Shown in pieces: positions 12,531 through 28,000 of a stretch of 64,000 nucleotides of DNA. Origin of the DNA: Eledone cirrhosa (taxonomy: Eukaryota). The notes beneath the pieces are model-generated. The model had not been told where the DNA came from. It was given only the letters and a program-made list of their open reading frames with translations, and did no database searches. The position numbers and the translations under genes are program-made. The stretch's first letter is position 1. Every line of letters begins with the position of its first letter. The stretch lies in the NCBI GenBank assembly GCA_964016885.1, contig OZ024751.1, positions 38,874,001 through 38,938,000 on the forward strand, given 5' to 3'.

Positions 12531-13466
12531 TCACAACGTCAGTCACATATTTACACGTAGTCACATATTCACAACGTTAGTCACATATTTACACGTAGTC
12601 ACATAGTCACAACGTTAGTCACATAGTCACAACGTTAGTCACATATTTACACGTAGTCACATAGTCACAACGTTAGTCACATATTTACACGTAGTCACAT
12701 ATTTACACGTAGTCACATATTTACACGTAGTCACATAGTCACAACGTTAGTCACATATTCACAACGTTAGTCACATATTTACACGTAGTCACATAGTCAC
12801 AACGTTAGTCACATAGTCACAACGTTAGTCACATATTTACACGTAGTCACATAGTCACAACGTTAGTCACATATTTACACGTAGTCACATATTTACACGT
12901 AGTCACATATTTACACGTAGTCACATATTCACAACGTTAGTCACATAGTCACAACGTTAGTCACATATTTACACGTACTCACATAGTCACAACATTAGTC
13001 AGATATTTACACGTAGTCACATATTTACACGTAGTCACATATTTACACGTAGTCACATAGTCACAACGTTAGTCACATAGTCACAACGTTAGTCACATAT
13101 TTACACGTAGTCACATATTCACAATGTTAGTCACATATTCACAACGTTAGTCACATATTTACAACGTTAGTCACATAGTCACAACGTTAGTCACATATTC
13201 ACAACGTTAGTCACATATTCACAACGTTAGTCACATATTTAGACGTAGTCACATATTCACAACGTTAGTCACATATTTACAACGTTAGTCACATAGTCAC
13301 AACGTCAGTCACATATTTACAACGTCAGTCACATATTTACAACGTTAGTCACATATTTACAACGTTAGTCACATATTCACAACGTTAGTCACATATTCAC
13401 AACGTCAGTCACATATTTACAACGTTAGTCACATAGTCACAACGTCAGTCACATATTTACACGTAG
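12531..13466. repeat. Modular minisatellite of 18/20-bp units
   Basis: Units agtcacatatttacacgt (18), agtcacatagtcacaacgtt, agtcacatattcacaacgtt and agtcacatatttacaacgtt (20), in tandem with no unique spacers. Confidence 0.97.
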
Positions 13467-14312
13467 GTTTTACCCACATTCGATCGCATCTTATCCACTC
13501 TATTTTACTATTCTTTCTAGCTCGAAGTAGCCAAACAACAACTCTCTACATAGTCACACCACTTTAATGTCTCTCCTTTTCACACGTTTTCTCAATATCC
13601 TTTGTCACACACAAATCTGCCATTATGTATATTTGTACTCTCTCGCTCTCGCTCTCTGTCACATACACCTAGACACACACTCTCTCACACACACAAAGAC
13701 ACGCATATATTTTCTCTGTGTTGTGTGTATGTGTGTGTGTGATATAATCACATTCGTTCCTTCATTCAATCTATGTCTTTCTTGTTCCTCGTTTCAAGCC
13801 CATTTACATGCGTTCCTTCTTTTAATCTCTCAAGCGTTCCAAATCTCTCTCACTCGTTCCAAATCTCTCTCTCTCTCTCTCCCTCTCTATGCTTCTATAC
13901 CTTCTTCTCACATCCCTACTCGTCATTTATTCTTGCTTCTTTAACACAAACTCATTCATGTAATCTTTACAAGAAATCCCTTTTACTTTTCTAGGTAACC
14001 CTTCTTCTATTGATGTCTTTCACTATAATCGATGTGTCATTCTTCCACTATTCCACCACCCACTTCTTACCAAAATGTTTGCCTTTACTTCATTTCTGTT
14101 CATTACAGCGTTCTTCACCTTCCATTCGATTACTAACATACAATACATATTCACTTACAACATATTCTATTTTATGTGTTCTTTGATTACAGTGCAGTTT
14201 CGTGGCATTTTGTTCTTGGTCCCACATTCTTTCTTATTAGAATCAACTGACATTCGGTTATAATCTCCAATAAAACGCCTCTTGTAAATGTAGAATGTCA
14301 CACAATTCACAA

Positions 14313-14460
14313 AAAGCTGAATTGGCAGACTCGTTAGAGCATTACGTACAATTTTCCTCTGCTTATATTCTGGATTACTGCAACTAAGTTCAAATCAGGC
14401 TGCGCTAAATTTTGCATGCTTCCCATCCTTTTTGTCTTCTTAAGGTATCAAGTAGAGACT
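14313..14460 (+). mobile_element. Highly degraded SINE family 1-related copy
   Basis: gctgaattggcagactcgttagagc (box A) .. aagttcaaatc (box B). Confidence 0.5.
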
Positions 14461-14910
14461 TTATCGGAAACCGTAACTATGTCACTGATAAACAAAAACT
14501 TTAACCACAGAGTCGTGGCGTTTCAATGAAAAAAAGATGGAATAAATAATCAGATTTCGAAAACATAAATAGGTGACTTACATGAATTAAATATTGATGT
14601 TGATACGATCATTAAATCCCTCGACATGGCCTCAGGTCTAAAGCCTGAAACAAATAAATGACTAAATGAACTGGCATGTGTTTTACACGTATATGTTAAT
14701 GCCGTATGTAAATCTATATTATTGGTATTGTGTACCAAATGGATACGATGTTACTGTGTGTATCAACTGTAGCTGACATTGTTAATAAAACTGTCATGTT
14801 ACTTCATATACTGACAAAAGTAGATATGACTCTTTATTATGTTCAGTTCTATATTTTTTTACACATAAAAAATAGATTGTTATAGATATTCTTTTCATCC
14901 GAGTGTCTGT

Positions 14911-14942
<32 letters not shown>

Positions 14943-15035
14943 CTATTATTTCTAATTCACTTGGAAGTATTTTCTTATATTTTTCCCTTTGATTTCCGAT
15001 GCCATTACTAGATAGCATATTCCAAACAAAACTTA

Positions 15036-15156
<121 letters not shown>

Positions 15157-15283
15157 GGGATATTTTTTATATTTCTCCATCATTGCTTATGACTTGATCT
15201 TTCGTTTTAATGATATATCCGTCTAATTTTAGTGGAATACAAAGAATATTTAAGTGTTAGAGCATTTCACCGACCGCACTTGC

Positions 15284-15316
<33 letters not shown>

Positions 15317-16599
15317 TATCTTTCCAGACATTTACAGCCCTACCAGTCATTCTCCCCATGCTTGCACTAGAGACAAACTACTTCGACACGTTCGCAGGGG
15401 TTGGCTTTTTTATCTACAGTCTGTTTTCGTCTGTGATAGGTTTTTGGGGTGTCTGGTTTAAAGACTAAATCTGCTCTGATTCAGGCGGCTATAATCTTAA
15501 CCAATCTCCACTTTTCAGTCCCAGAATATGCTTGTATATTTTTGTATATTTACATTGTATGTTTTCTAATTTTGTATGATTCGCCCCCTCATGGTTAGTA
15601 TATTTCTACGTTGTCTCTATGATCGTGTATGTGAGTTTAGTTTAAACGCAGCCTTTTTTATGCAATTTGAGGATCAGCAGCTTATTTTCTTTAACATGAA
15701 CTAATTCATGTGATAATATTGTTTCCAAATAACATTTTTAAGGTCGTCTATAAGGGTCAGTTGGTTGCTCCTCATAAGTCAAGCGACAGCCTGGTTAATC
15801 TATCTATAACAACCATAAGCATTGTCATGAAATGAAATGGTCTAAAAGAGATAACAATATCTCCATTTATCGGTGAAATATTTTCCACTAACAAATGATC
15901 GATGTATAAAGTGTAGCAAACCTATTTTAAACATTGAAAATAAGTTAGCAATACATTTACTTTAGAAATTTATATAATTATTACAATTATAGTGGAAGTT
16001 ATGTACATAGAAAATTTAATTTCAATTCCGCTATGCTAGGCTAGGTACGAATATATTAAAGAAATTATATTCTAGACCGCTGAACACGTAGGATGTGGGA
16101 GGGTGACTTAAGAAAGTTTAAGGAGAACCGAAGAGTCTAGAATTTGATTAGATTTAATATATAGGTGAGATTATAAGCATTGATGGATAAATTGCAGAAC
16201 TCTGGTGATTCTTCACCGTTATGAAAATGAAATATTGTCTTCAATTGTAAAAGTTCAGTGTATATGAATGTAGATAGTTTTATATTAATGAGAAATATTG
16301 AATGTGCTGATGGTAAATAAGCTGTAAGAAATGTATATAAGTCATGTATTGTACGCCCCTATATTTTTCCTACCCGAATAAATACACGCGCTTAAATACA
16401 CACGCACACGCTCAACAACACACAAATTTCATTATATTTATGGGTGTGGATACTTATATGCGATTGAATGTGTTAAGTGTATATATATATATGTATGCAT
16501 ATATAAAGTATATGTATGAATGATTTTACGTTATTTGATATACGTTCATCATGCCTGGAAAATGATAAAATCTTAGCTGCTATTAATCAAATTCACACA

Positions 16600-16664
<65 letters not shown>

Positions 16665-16700
16665 GTACATATATACATACACACACATACATATATATAT

Positions 16701-16733
<33 letters not shown>

Positions 16734-17320
16734 CATATAGTGTAAATTTTCAATTATTTAAAATGTTAACACTAACACGAGTTGAGTAGCGATCATCGAA
16801 TATAACTCAATATAGTTCAATATTCGTAATTGTAATTCGGAAAGAATTTGACTAGATAATATAATGCATTTTTATTTTTCACACATGCCTAATCTGCTCT
16901 AGGTAAAGTTAAAAGCAGCAGCAGCACATGGCTTTATTGTTCATTGGTGCATGTTATAAACATAACACTTGGCATAGACGCTAACCATGCCAGTTCAGTG
17001 GACTATATCAAGAGAATGTGAGTTAGTCGTCACACCTCACTGGAAAGCGCTTGTTACTTGTTATATGAAGTTTGCCATGCCAATGTTGTTGTTGTAATGC
17101 CAAATATCATATGTGAGACAACACATGATGTTATTTATATTTAATTCATTATTATTATGGTTTATTTTTTGCACGAAAGCTACGCGAATTATTCTCAAAA
17201 TAGAGTATTATTTGTGCGAATAATTGTGCTTGAAAGAATATGAAACGTATCGTGATAAAATAAACGAAAAAAATGCCCAAAGTAGAAATAAAATCACAAA
17301 ACATAATATAAATAATATAA

Positions 17321-17422
<102 letters not shown>

Positions 17423-17453
17423 TCAGACATGACACCCTTAATTTAATTTTGGG

Positions 17454-17484
<31 letters not shown>

Positions 17485-17814
17485 ACATATGTGCATGTGT
17501 GCGTATATAAGTATATATATTAAAAAGGTTTTCTAACATATGCAGACGACCAAATATTTTTGGGAAATAGAAAGCTCGCTATATTAACCCTAGTGCTCCA
17601 CCGCTACTTCATTTTATTGAGTTAGAAATGTAAATGGCGAATTTGACATTGGCCCGATTTCAACTCAGTTCCGATGGACTGTTACAAAGTGTTCTATCGG
17701 TGGCCCTTACGGTTCTACAATTTCAACATCCCATTTATATCATAATATCATACTTTAAAACATTATGATACCAAATATAATATAATATTGAGATAACTGT
17801 GTAATAATCATAAT

Positions 17815-17964
17815 TGTTTCCACTTTTGGCACAAGGCCAGCAATTACCCAGTACGTTACTGGTACTTTATTTTATCGTCCCCGTAAAGATGAAAGTCAAA
17901 GGTAACCTCGGCGGGATTTGAACTCAGATCATAAAGGGCCGTTACTCTTTGCTGCAAAGCAGGG
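17815..17964 (-). mobile_element. SINE family 1, 5'-truncated
   Basis: Family core; possible 7-bp TSD tcataat. Confidence 0.9.
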
Positions 17965-18105
17965 CTCATAATGATATAAAACAAGAATAATTGTGTGCCT
18001 TTTATTTCTGAAAACGACATTATAACACAGAAAAAATTTCATTGAGATAAAAAATGTAAACCAAACCTGTGTATAATGTTCTTTCTATTGTGTGTATATT
18101 AATTT

Positions 18106-18239
18106 CCAGACATGCTGTGTATTATATAGTATATCGTGTGTTGTGTATATATTTATGTCAAGACATGCTGGGTATTAAATAGTTTGTTATATCAGTGTAT
18201 ATTTATATACATATATACTTTATATTATATTGTTTCTTT

Positions 18240-18296
<57 letters not shown>

Positions 18297-18560
18297 AGAG
18301 AGAGGGAGACATGCTGTGTATTATATAATATAGTTTGTTTAGTGTGTATATACATTTATGTACAAACAAGCTCTGTTTAAATAGTTTACTCTATGTGTAT
18401 ATTTATTGACAGACATGATGTATATCATATAGTATAGTTTTTTTGTTTTATATATATATATATATCCAGACAGGATGTGTGTAATTCAGCTTATGCAATT
18501 TATGATTGTGTTATATTTATACGCAGACATGAAATATATTCTGTTCAGCTTGTGTAGTTC
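18106..18560. repeat. Old diverged ~50-60 bp tandem repeat
   Basis: About 7 units beginning (c)agacatgctgtgtatt..atagt, interrupted by microsatellites. Confidence 0.65.
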
Positions 18561-18942
18561 ACTTGTTCATTTCCGATATTTTACAAAATGCTAGACACAA
18601 ATTAAAATATATTCACTGTGTAAATACTAAGTATGGCTGTTATCAGCGAGATAAAATTTAGCGAAACATGAAGGGATATTCTGTTTTCGCCATTATGAAA
18701 GCAAGTATGTTAAAAGGAAACAATTGTTTGGTTTTGTCTGCATATAATGCTAGTTGATGTTTTTTAGAACTATTTAGACACATGGTCAAACATATTTAAT
18801 AAATATACCACGAACTACTTATAGCTAAATATGTGTGTGTGTTTGTGTGTGCGTGTGTGTATGTGTGTGTATGTGTGTCTGTGTGTCTGTGCATGTGTCT
18901 ATGAATTAATATGTGGAAGTATCTTCACATTTCAGCATACAG

Positions 18943-19010
<68 letters not shown>

Positions 19011-19182
19011 CATTTCGTTTTGGAAAGTATATTGCCTTACTTCTGTTCAGTAATTTTAAAATTACACAAATAAGTAAACTTCTTGTTGAATGTTGAGTCA
19101 AACACGCTGCACATTAAATTCCTCCACGCTATATATTACTCGTAACTTCTACTTGGATTACCTTAAACGATAGCTCGTTTAC

Positions 19183-19229
<47 letters not shown>

Positions 19230-19330
19230 ATAGTCGGCAGTACTAGGACTACTAGGACAGCGAAAACCACAAATCAATGTACTCGATACATGGTAAGATA
19301 TAGTGAGGGTAGATTAATGAAAGTAGAGGA

Positions 19331-19387
<57 letters not shown>

Positions 19388-19484
19388 GGACATATCTGAG
19401 GATCTTACGATTTCAGAGTCAGGTTTGACCATTGAATCGATCGGCCCTCGAGCTGATCGCCCGAGAAACGATTCTAATATGTCT
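19388..19484 (+). ncRNA. Type I hammerhead ribozyme with intact core and a large branched stem II
   Basis: ggacatat-CTGAGGA-tc[58 nt]ga-GAAA-cgattc-TA-atatgtct. Stem I is 8 bp (one G-U), AATAAA follows at 19485-19490, and both flanks are (TA)n. Confidence 0.72.
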
Positions 19485-19527
19485 AATAAATCTTATTCGT
19501 CGCACCGCTGTTTCTCCGTTCCTTATG

Positions 19528-19573
<46 letters not shown>

Positions 19574-20237
19574 GGATTGTAACATTACCTTACTATTGTT
19601 TCACCAACTTGATCATTCGATGCATAGGAGTGTACGATAACATATAGTACATTTGGTATTATACTAATTGAAGGTTTCCTTCATATGCACTCATTAATAA
19701 AGCTACGAATCTAATGCGGTATAGATTCCTGAGTCGGGAAATAAGTCTACATGTTAATACTACTTTGACCCTGGATTTTATATCTAATTGCCACGACTTT
19801 CCCCATCGAGAGAAAGTTCTGATTTAAAGAGAAGGATGAGAGATGAGAAAAACGAGATAGAAAGAGCAGGAAAAAAAAGAGGAGGATGATAAAGATAAGA
19901 AAGATGGTGACGATGGAGATGAGGAGGTTATATTAAGTATACTTCTTGGTGGATATATCGAAAATATTTACATCATATTAAGTGATTAGATATAATCCTA
20001 TCGTAAACTTTCCCTACTACTACATAAGTAGACGTTACACACATATTTTAAATTATATATTTATATAATACCTTATGTAGAATTATTATTATTATTATTA
20101 TTATTATTGTTCTTTGGGTCTCAGTCATTGATGTTATTTAACTGGAATGTTTGTCGAAATGAATATCAAGCCGCTACCTGCAGCCTCACATATTCAGGAC
20201 GTATCGGAGGGTTCTTGCTGTTCCCAGCAAGCATGCC

Positions 20238-20271
<34 letters not shown>

Positions 20272-20499
20272 TTCAGTGTCAAAAGGTATATTGTAGAAAT
20301 AATGTAAAAGTATGTTTCCTAACTTTTACCTGAAAGGTGTTGCATGCTGAGCTTTAGAAATATATATTCTGTGTGTGTCTTTTCTGTTTAAATATGTCCG
20401 CCATGATGTTGATTCATACTGGGAAAAGTCTGGTTTGGTGCTGAGCTTGCTGATGGATTATCGCTTAGATATGTATTAATGTTTGTTTTGTCTCTTTAA

Positions 20500-20534
<35 letters not shown>

Positions 20535-20751
20535 ACGATATATATATATATATATATATATAAATATATATATATAGATAGATATATATATAGATAGATA
20601 GATAGATATGTATATGTATATATACATATATGTATATATATATATATATATAAATATATATATATATATGCATATATAATATATACATATATATATGTGA
20701 CCATATATATGTATATATGTGTATATATATATGTATGTATTTAAATATGTG

Positions 20752-20791
<40 letters not shown>

Positions 20792-21169
20792 AGTATGTTT
20801 ATATACATACATATATATAGAGAGAGAGAGAGGGGAAGATGCAGAGAGCGAGAGAGTGGAGGAGAGAGTGGTAGAGAGCGATAGAGATGTAAGAGAGAGT
20901 GCAGAGAGCGAAATAGAGAAGGATTTATATGGATACGGTGAGTTGGGAAAAGGTCCAATCAACTGACAGTCTCTTTACTCCACCAAATATAAAACTACTA
21001 AAGTTGATATGGCATAAAATATAGCTACTGTTATACAACCTGTTTAGAAAATGCTTGGAAAATTGTTCATAAGCGAAGCTGTTGGAAGAAACAAACATAC
21101 TTCTATATTACTAGACCTTTTCAGAGAAATATATTCTTTTAGCAAGATGGTAAGACTAATATTCCTGAG

Positions 21170-21455
21170 AGCGTCGTTAGGGTAGAGTCCTCCAACACTC
21201 CTTCCAGCGAGTCCTGTCTGAAGCAACCGTTTCCAAATGATCCGGCTGGATCCCCAAGTGTGACAAACCAAGCTCATGGATGTTATCGAACCATCTTGCT
21301 GGTTTTGCCCATAAAATCTGCCCAGCGATTCTTTCCTGAGACATTCTAAACGCATGCTTATAAATCTGAGTTGTGATATCTCAATTCGGAGAAGTAGGAA
21401 CTCTACCTGAAGTGACTCTCTGATCTCCAAGTTACGCAATTTATCGAGTAACAAC
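21170..21455 (-). mobile_element. 3' fragment of an RTE-clade LINE (C-terminus of the ORF), frameshifted
   Basis: LLDKLRNLEIRESLQVEFLLLRIEISQLRF / HAFRMSQERIAGQILWAKP..RWFDNIHELGLSHLGIQPDHLETVASDRTRW matches the typical RTE C-terminal pattern (..IRE.L.VEPLLLRIERSQLRWFGH..RM...R....W.D......LGI....L..VA.DR..W). Confidence 0.85.
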
Positions 21456-21767
21456 GTACTTTAAATATAATTCTATCATATGTTCTTCTGAATAACTTCA
21501 ATATATATTCTATATCTTGTACCCAATATACTCTTTAGATTTATATATGCTTTTCAGAGACCTCTTTTGCATCTCTCTCGGCGACTAATATCGATATCTC
21601 AGCATATTGATATAACTTTGAAATCTTTATTTTATTTGTATTACCTTCGACATTGTCATTCCCTATATAATGTTTTTTTCACTGCCACAAACATCGAAAC
21701 ATCTGTTTGTGTTTTGGTAGTTTCATTTTTCCCCTCTACTTAGTAACTTGCTTACACACAATCGCAC

Positions 21768-21801
<34 letters not shown>

Positions 21802-21816
21802 ACACCCACACCCACA

Positions 21817-21880
<64 letters not shown>

Positions 21881-21883
<3 letters not shown>

Positions 21884-21960
21884 AAAATTGAACGGGAACA
21901 AAACAGAGAGGCAGTACGAACAAAGGTTTATTAGTTTAACGCTCTTGAGAGTGGGGTGGT
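21881..21960 (-). mobile_element. 3' fragment of the HHR-bearing element at 56468-56700
   Basis: gggaacaaaacagagaggcagtacgaacaaaggtttattag..cgctcttgagagtgggg is homologous to 56470-56545. Abuts (TA)n. Confidence 0.75.
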
Positions 21961-23034
21961 AAACATATATATATAAACATATATATATAAACATATATAT
22001 ATATATATATATGCATACATGATCAGATAAGTTAGGTATATATATATGTGTGTATGCGTGTGTGTTTGTTTGTGTGTATGTGTGTGTATGCATTCCTTCC
22101 TCTCCATTTATTCCTTCTATTCCATTCATATTTATTTTCTCTTCAATATTTCTTTACGGTTCCTCTCTGTCTTCCCTCCTTGTCTGTTGTTCATGAATTT
22201 CAAAATATTTATTATATTCATGCTGTCAATATATTATATCATATTCAATGATATCAGTGAGTTTTCGCTAGACACACCGGCATCCAGTGGTCATTCGTCT
22301 CCCCTATTTCTCCAAATAGAATAAGCAAAGAGCGACAAACAACTGCGAAATAATAGACAATGACAGATACTTCTTGAAAGAGTCAAGTGGAATAATAATA
22401 ATATATATTACATAAAGAAAACGGAAGGAAGAAAAAAAGCACGACACAAACTAATGATAAAATACTACAACAAACAGTAAAGGTAAATCTAAAATAGTTA
22501 TTATAGATCCGAAAATAAGCTGAATAGGAGGTAAATAAAATAGTCAACGTAGAGGAATTTGAGTAATCGTGGTAAAGAATGCGTAAGAAAATAATATAAA
22601 AATAAGCAGCCGAAAGAATGTAGAAAAAAAGAAATAAATGAAGAAAATGGATGTGAAGAAACTCGAAATCATTTTCTAAATGTTAAATGTAAGTAGGCGT
22701 AAATAAAGGACATAAGCGATCAATTATTTTGAGAATAGTATAGATGGGGAAGTGTGTGTGTAGTGAGGGAGAGAGAACGGAAGGTGTCAGAGAAGGTGTG
22801 GAAGATTGGAAGAAGGACGATGTAACATTGAGGTAAGAATTATAATTCGTGAAGTATGAGGAATAACAAAAAAATAATAAACGTAGAAATTCCTATGAAT
22901 GCCAAATACGACATTAGATAATAACATAAGCATCAACAGCAGGGTGTTTGAATATCAGAAAAGAAGCCTTCATTTGCGCATAAATACCTTTAACTATGCA
23001 TATATAGAATGATTCATATATACTGTATATATAT

Positions 23035-23311
23035 AAGCAAATGAATGAAGGAAGGAATTACAAGCCGTTAAAACGAGTTATTTATATAACTCTATAAAGA
23101 ACTTGTTTTAACGGCTTGTAAATCCTTCATCCATTCGCTTAATCCCGCTCTGCTTGAACTATACATTAAATATTAAATCTCCTCTAATATTTAACTCTGC
23201 TAACCCAAGAATTGAGCACACTCCGCTTCGGCTATTGGCATTTAGTAATCTGTATCGCACATCTCTGTATCCCTCTGCTTCCTCTTCTCTTACGGTATTA
23301 TACCCTCTTAT

Positions 23312-23312
<1 letters not shown>
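23035..23312 (+). mobile_element. Foldback + tail element (family C)
   Basis: Imperfect inverted repeat 23035-23140 (aagcaaatgaatgaagga..ttacaagccgttaaaac / gttttaacggcttgtaaatccttcatccattcgctt), then ~170 nt tail. Lies between TA tracts. Confidence 0.6.
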
Positions 23313-23398
<86 letters not shown>

Positions 23399-23848
23399 AG
23401 AAAAGGTTTGGCTGTGTAGTTGGTAGTTAAGGTAGCTTAAAATGGATATATATATATATACATTACATATATATGTGGGGTGGTGATGTGAGGTGGTGGT
23501 GGTGGTGGTGGTGGTGGTGTGTGTCTGTGTGTGTATGTGAGTGTCCATGAATCATACCTTGCTAAATCTGTGTGCTTTGCTAATTGGAGTGTACGTGAGT
23601 TTGATGGCTGTAATTTTTTTAAGATTCTGATACACAAACATTTCGGGTCGGGTCAGGTCATCTGAATCGGAAAGCTGCTAACGTCACTATCTTTCAATCC
23701 CTGACTAATCACTATAAAAACCGAAAATCCACGTTCCACCCGTTTATAAGTCTCAACAATTCGATGCCTGTGAAAACAGGAAAATCCATACCTATAATCA
23801 GTTATAATTTTGAGTCCTCGAAAAAGGGTCGGGCCCTGTCACTCTAAG

Positions 23849-23888
23849 AGTATCCTGAACTGATCGCAGTCGAAACAATTGTAATATT
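23849..23888 (+). ncRNA. Degenerate minimal hammerhead motif
   Basis: agtatc-CTGAA-ctg atcg cag-tc-GAAAC-aatt-GTA-atatt. Palindromic ACAATTGT stem III; the core appears to lack GA. Confidence 0.45.
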
Positions 23889-24086
23889 TAAATATAGTTT
23901 ATACATATGCTGCAACACTGACTTCGACTCTTTTAAATCTATATATACTCTACACAATACAGCTATAACATTGGAATACAACGCAAACAAAACGGATCTC
24001 GTAACAGCATTGAGTGTTTCGAACGGCACACCGCCTGTAACTATGGTTACACAACTAAGTAACACACATACACACACATATATATT

Positions 24087-24120
<34 letters not shown>

Positions 24121-24147
24121 CTGAACTATATATATGTAACGTCACCA

Positions 24148-24179
<32 letters not shown>

Positions 24180-24328
24180 TTTTGTTGCATATTTAGTTTC
24201 TACAATGGGTGCATACACATTAATTTCCTCATGAAGCCAAAACAAATAGATATAGACAGATATAGAAATAACAGATATAATCATTGATTGATAGATATAT
24301 AGACGTGCACAGACACACATTAAATATG

Positions 24329-24460
<132 letters not shown>

Positions 24461-24711
24461 TATATATATATACATATATATATATATATGTATGTACGCG
24501 TGCATGTAGGTATGTATATATGTATATATATATGTATCTGTGTATGTATGTATGTATTTATGTATGTATGTATATATATCTATCTGTGTATGTATGTATA
24601 TATGTGCAGAATAAGTCCATGAGTGTAATAGAGGACTATATATATATGTATATATATAGAGAGAAAGAGAGACAGGGAGAGAGGAGAGATAGAGAGAAAG
24701 AGAGAGAGAGA

Positions 24712-24797
<86 letters not shown>

Positions 24798-25420
24798 GTA
24801 GGAAAAGTAATGTGTATAATGGCAAAGCTATATATTCTGAATAATTCAATAAAGCAAACTAATGTTGGTAGGGGAAGGGTGAAGAATCCGAAGTGACATG
24901 TTCAATTTACTTCCAGGAATAAATGTTGATGGTATCACTGAGAATTAATCCTCCAGCCTCCAACTTCCCGTTTCCATCAAGCTACAGTGCGCATGCGCAT
25001 TAAATCAGTGTTAGCATTCTGGAAGATAAAAGTGAATTTATAGCCGATATCTGATATATATATCAGAGAAGAAGAGGAAGAAGCAGAAGAAAGAAAATGA
25101 CCAAACCAACAAACATACAAATATAAACGGGCGAAGAAGAAAATGTTTGAGATCTGAGGAGGTATGTAGGTGACACGAGGTGTACGGTTGGAGGGGGAAT
25201 AGAAAATGTAGAAGAGATATGTAAGAAAAATATAAAGAAATGAAAATAGAAGTCAATGAAAAACATTGTGAAAACGCAGATACAAATACATTTTCCTTCT
25301 TTTTTTTGACACGAATAAAAACAAATTCCTTGTACTTTTCTCATATGTACAGGTTATACTTATATAATTATTTTTTAAAAATCTTTTCCCGATTTATAAT
25401 ATATATATCTATATGTGTGG

Positions 25421-25473
<53 letters not shown>

Positions 25474-25539
25474 TATATATGCATATATATATGTATATAT
25501 ATATGCATATATATGCATATATATATATATGCATATATA

Positions 25540-25631
<92 letters not shown>

Positions 25632-25647
25632 CATATATATATATATA

Positions 25648-25691
<44 letters not shown>

Positions 25692-25699
25692 CATGTATA

Positions 25700-25731
<32 letters not shown>

Positions 25732-25831
25732 CTTCGTGATATGCAGTCGTAGAGTCGTATATCTTTGAATTATTCATTTAAAAGAATTATTTCTTTTATT
25801 TTTTGCCAAAGAAATAAAAAGAAAACCTACC

Positions 25832-25869
<38 letters not shown>

Positions 25870-26778
25870 AAATTTCCTTGGATGAAGACTGTTTCTTAGG
25901 TGCAGTTCCTAGACCGATTTTATAGTAGATATATATTTTCCAATAAGATTTTCTCTGTACAAGTTGCTTAGAAAATGATGTTCATGTAATATTTGCAGTA
26001 AAAAGAAGAAATATTATATTGAACACTCTTCTTTTAAAACTATCTTCAACCTACATCAACCTATATGAATGTTTTTAATACGTTAAATTTCTAACAGAGT
26101 GCTTTGGTTATGTTCTTAACCATTTTTTTGGCTAAGCTTCACAATATATTTATGTATGTCTATTTTTTTTGTTTCAGTCTTTTGTTCTCTCACTCGCTTC
26201 TTTGTCAGAGTTGACATATTGGAATTGTTGCCTAGCTAGAATTCATTATAACTTCCCATCAAACATTATACCCATAGCTTACATGAAAGATTAATATATT
26301 TGTAGATTTAAATAAGACATGTTTAAAAATAAAATCATTTTTTTTTTTTTTTTTGCATTTTTAAAACAATACTTGCATTGGATTTATATTTCTGTTTCAG
26401 AGATAATATATTTCAATATCCCCATATTGTTTACTATTCTATTTATATGAAATATTCAAAAATCAAAAACATTTCATTCTGCTGTTTAGCAGCCAGTGCA
26501 TCAAAGGGTGTCCAAAATTATACTATAATACATTTTACCCTCAATCTGAATGTCTGATTAATACATACATTTTCTATCGAAGTGGTTTGACGCGAGATTT
26601 TTTTATTTCTTCACGTTAAGGTAACTACACGCATGCGGAATCGGTTAATAATATGTAGTAGAGAAGACCGTAGACACAGAAGGGGCTTTGGTACAAAATT
26701 AGAACCACATCATAAATCTATCTTACATCATTTACGATATCATACACCTTATATGAATATATATGAACACATACGCGC

Positions 26779-27355
<577 letters not shown>

Positions 27356-27730
27356 GCACGCCTATAGATATACATATATACACACATATACGGATGTAGG
27401 TTATAAGTTGGTGAAATATCATAGAATATTACAGGTTATATATTTACTCTATTATAAATCCTCAGGTTTTACTTCTTTGTACTCTACTACAAACATTAGA
27501 CTAGGACTTCACACATTCTGATTCTAATTATATAATACAATATATATATTACGATGTCCTTCTCCATAAAATTTTACCCACATCTTCACACCCAATTCGT
27601 TACATATATATATATATATATAATATAATATATATATATATCTATGTATATATATATGCATATATATATATATATAATATAATATATATATATATTATAA
27701 TATATATATATAATATATATATATAATATA

Positions 27731-27858
<128 letters not shown>

Positions 27859-27960
27859 TTGAGGTTGGTAATGGCACATGGAATATATAAGAGACAGAAT
27901 ACTTTTTTGTGAAAAAACATAATTTTATAAGGTAAGGAAATAATAAAGGGTATAAAAAAT

Positions 27961-28000
27961 GACCGGTTTCGATGGGTCTGCAAAAGCCATCTTTTCAAAT
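27961..28000 (-). ncRNA. Degenerate hammerhead motif
   Basis: Minus strand: TTGAAAA-gatgg-cttttgcagac-ccatc-GAAAC-cg-GTC. 5-bp stem II and palindromic ACCGGT; core mutated, stem I poor. Confidence 0.45.

Noticed and set aside
12531-13466. CRISPR-like appearance of the repeat array
   Set aside because: No unique spacers, only four recurring variants; no cas genes; eukaryotic context.
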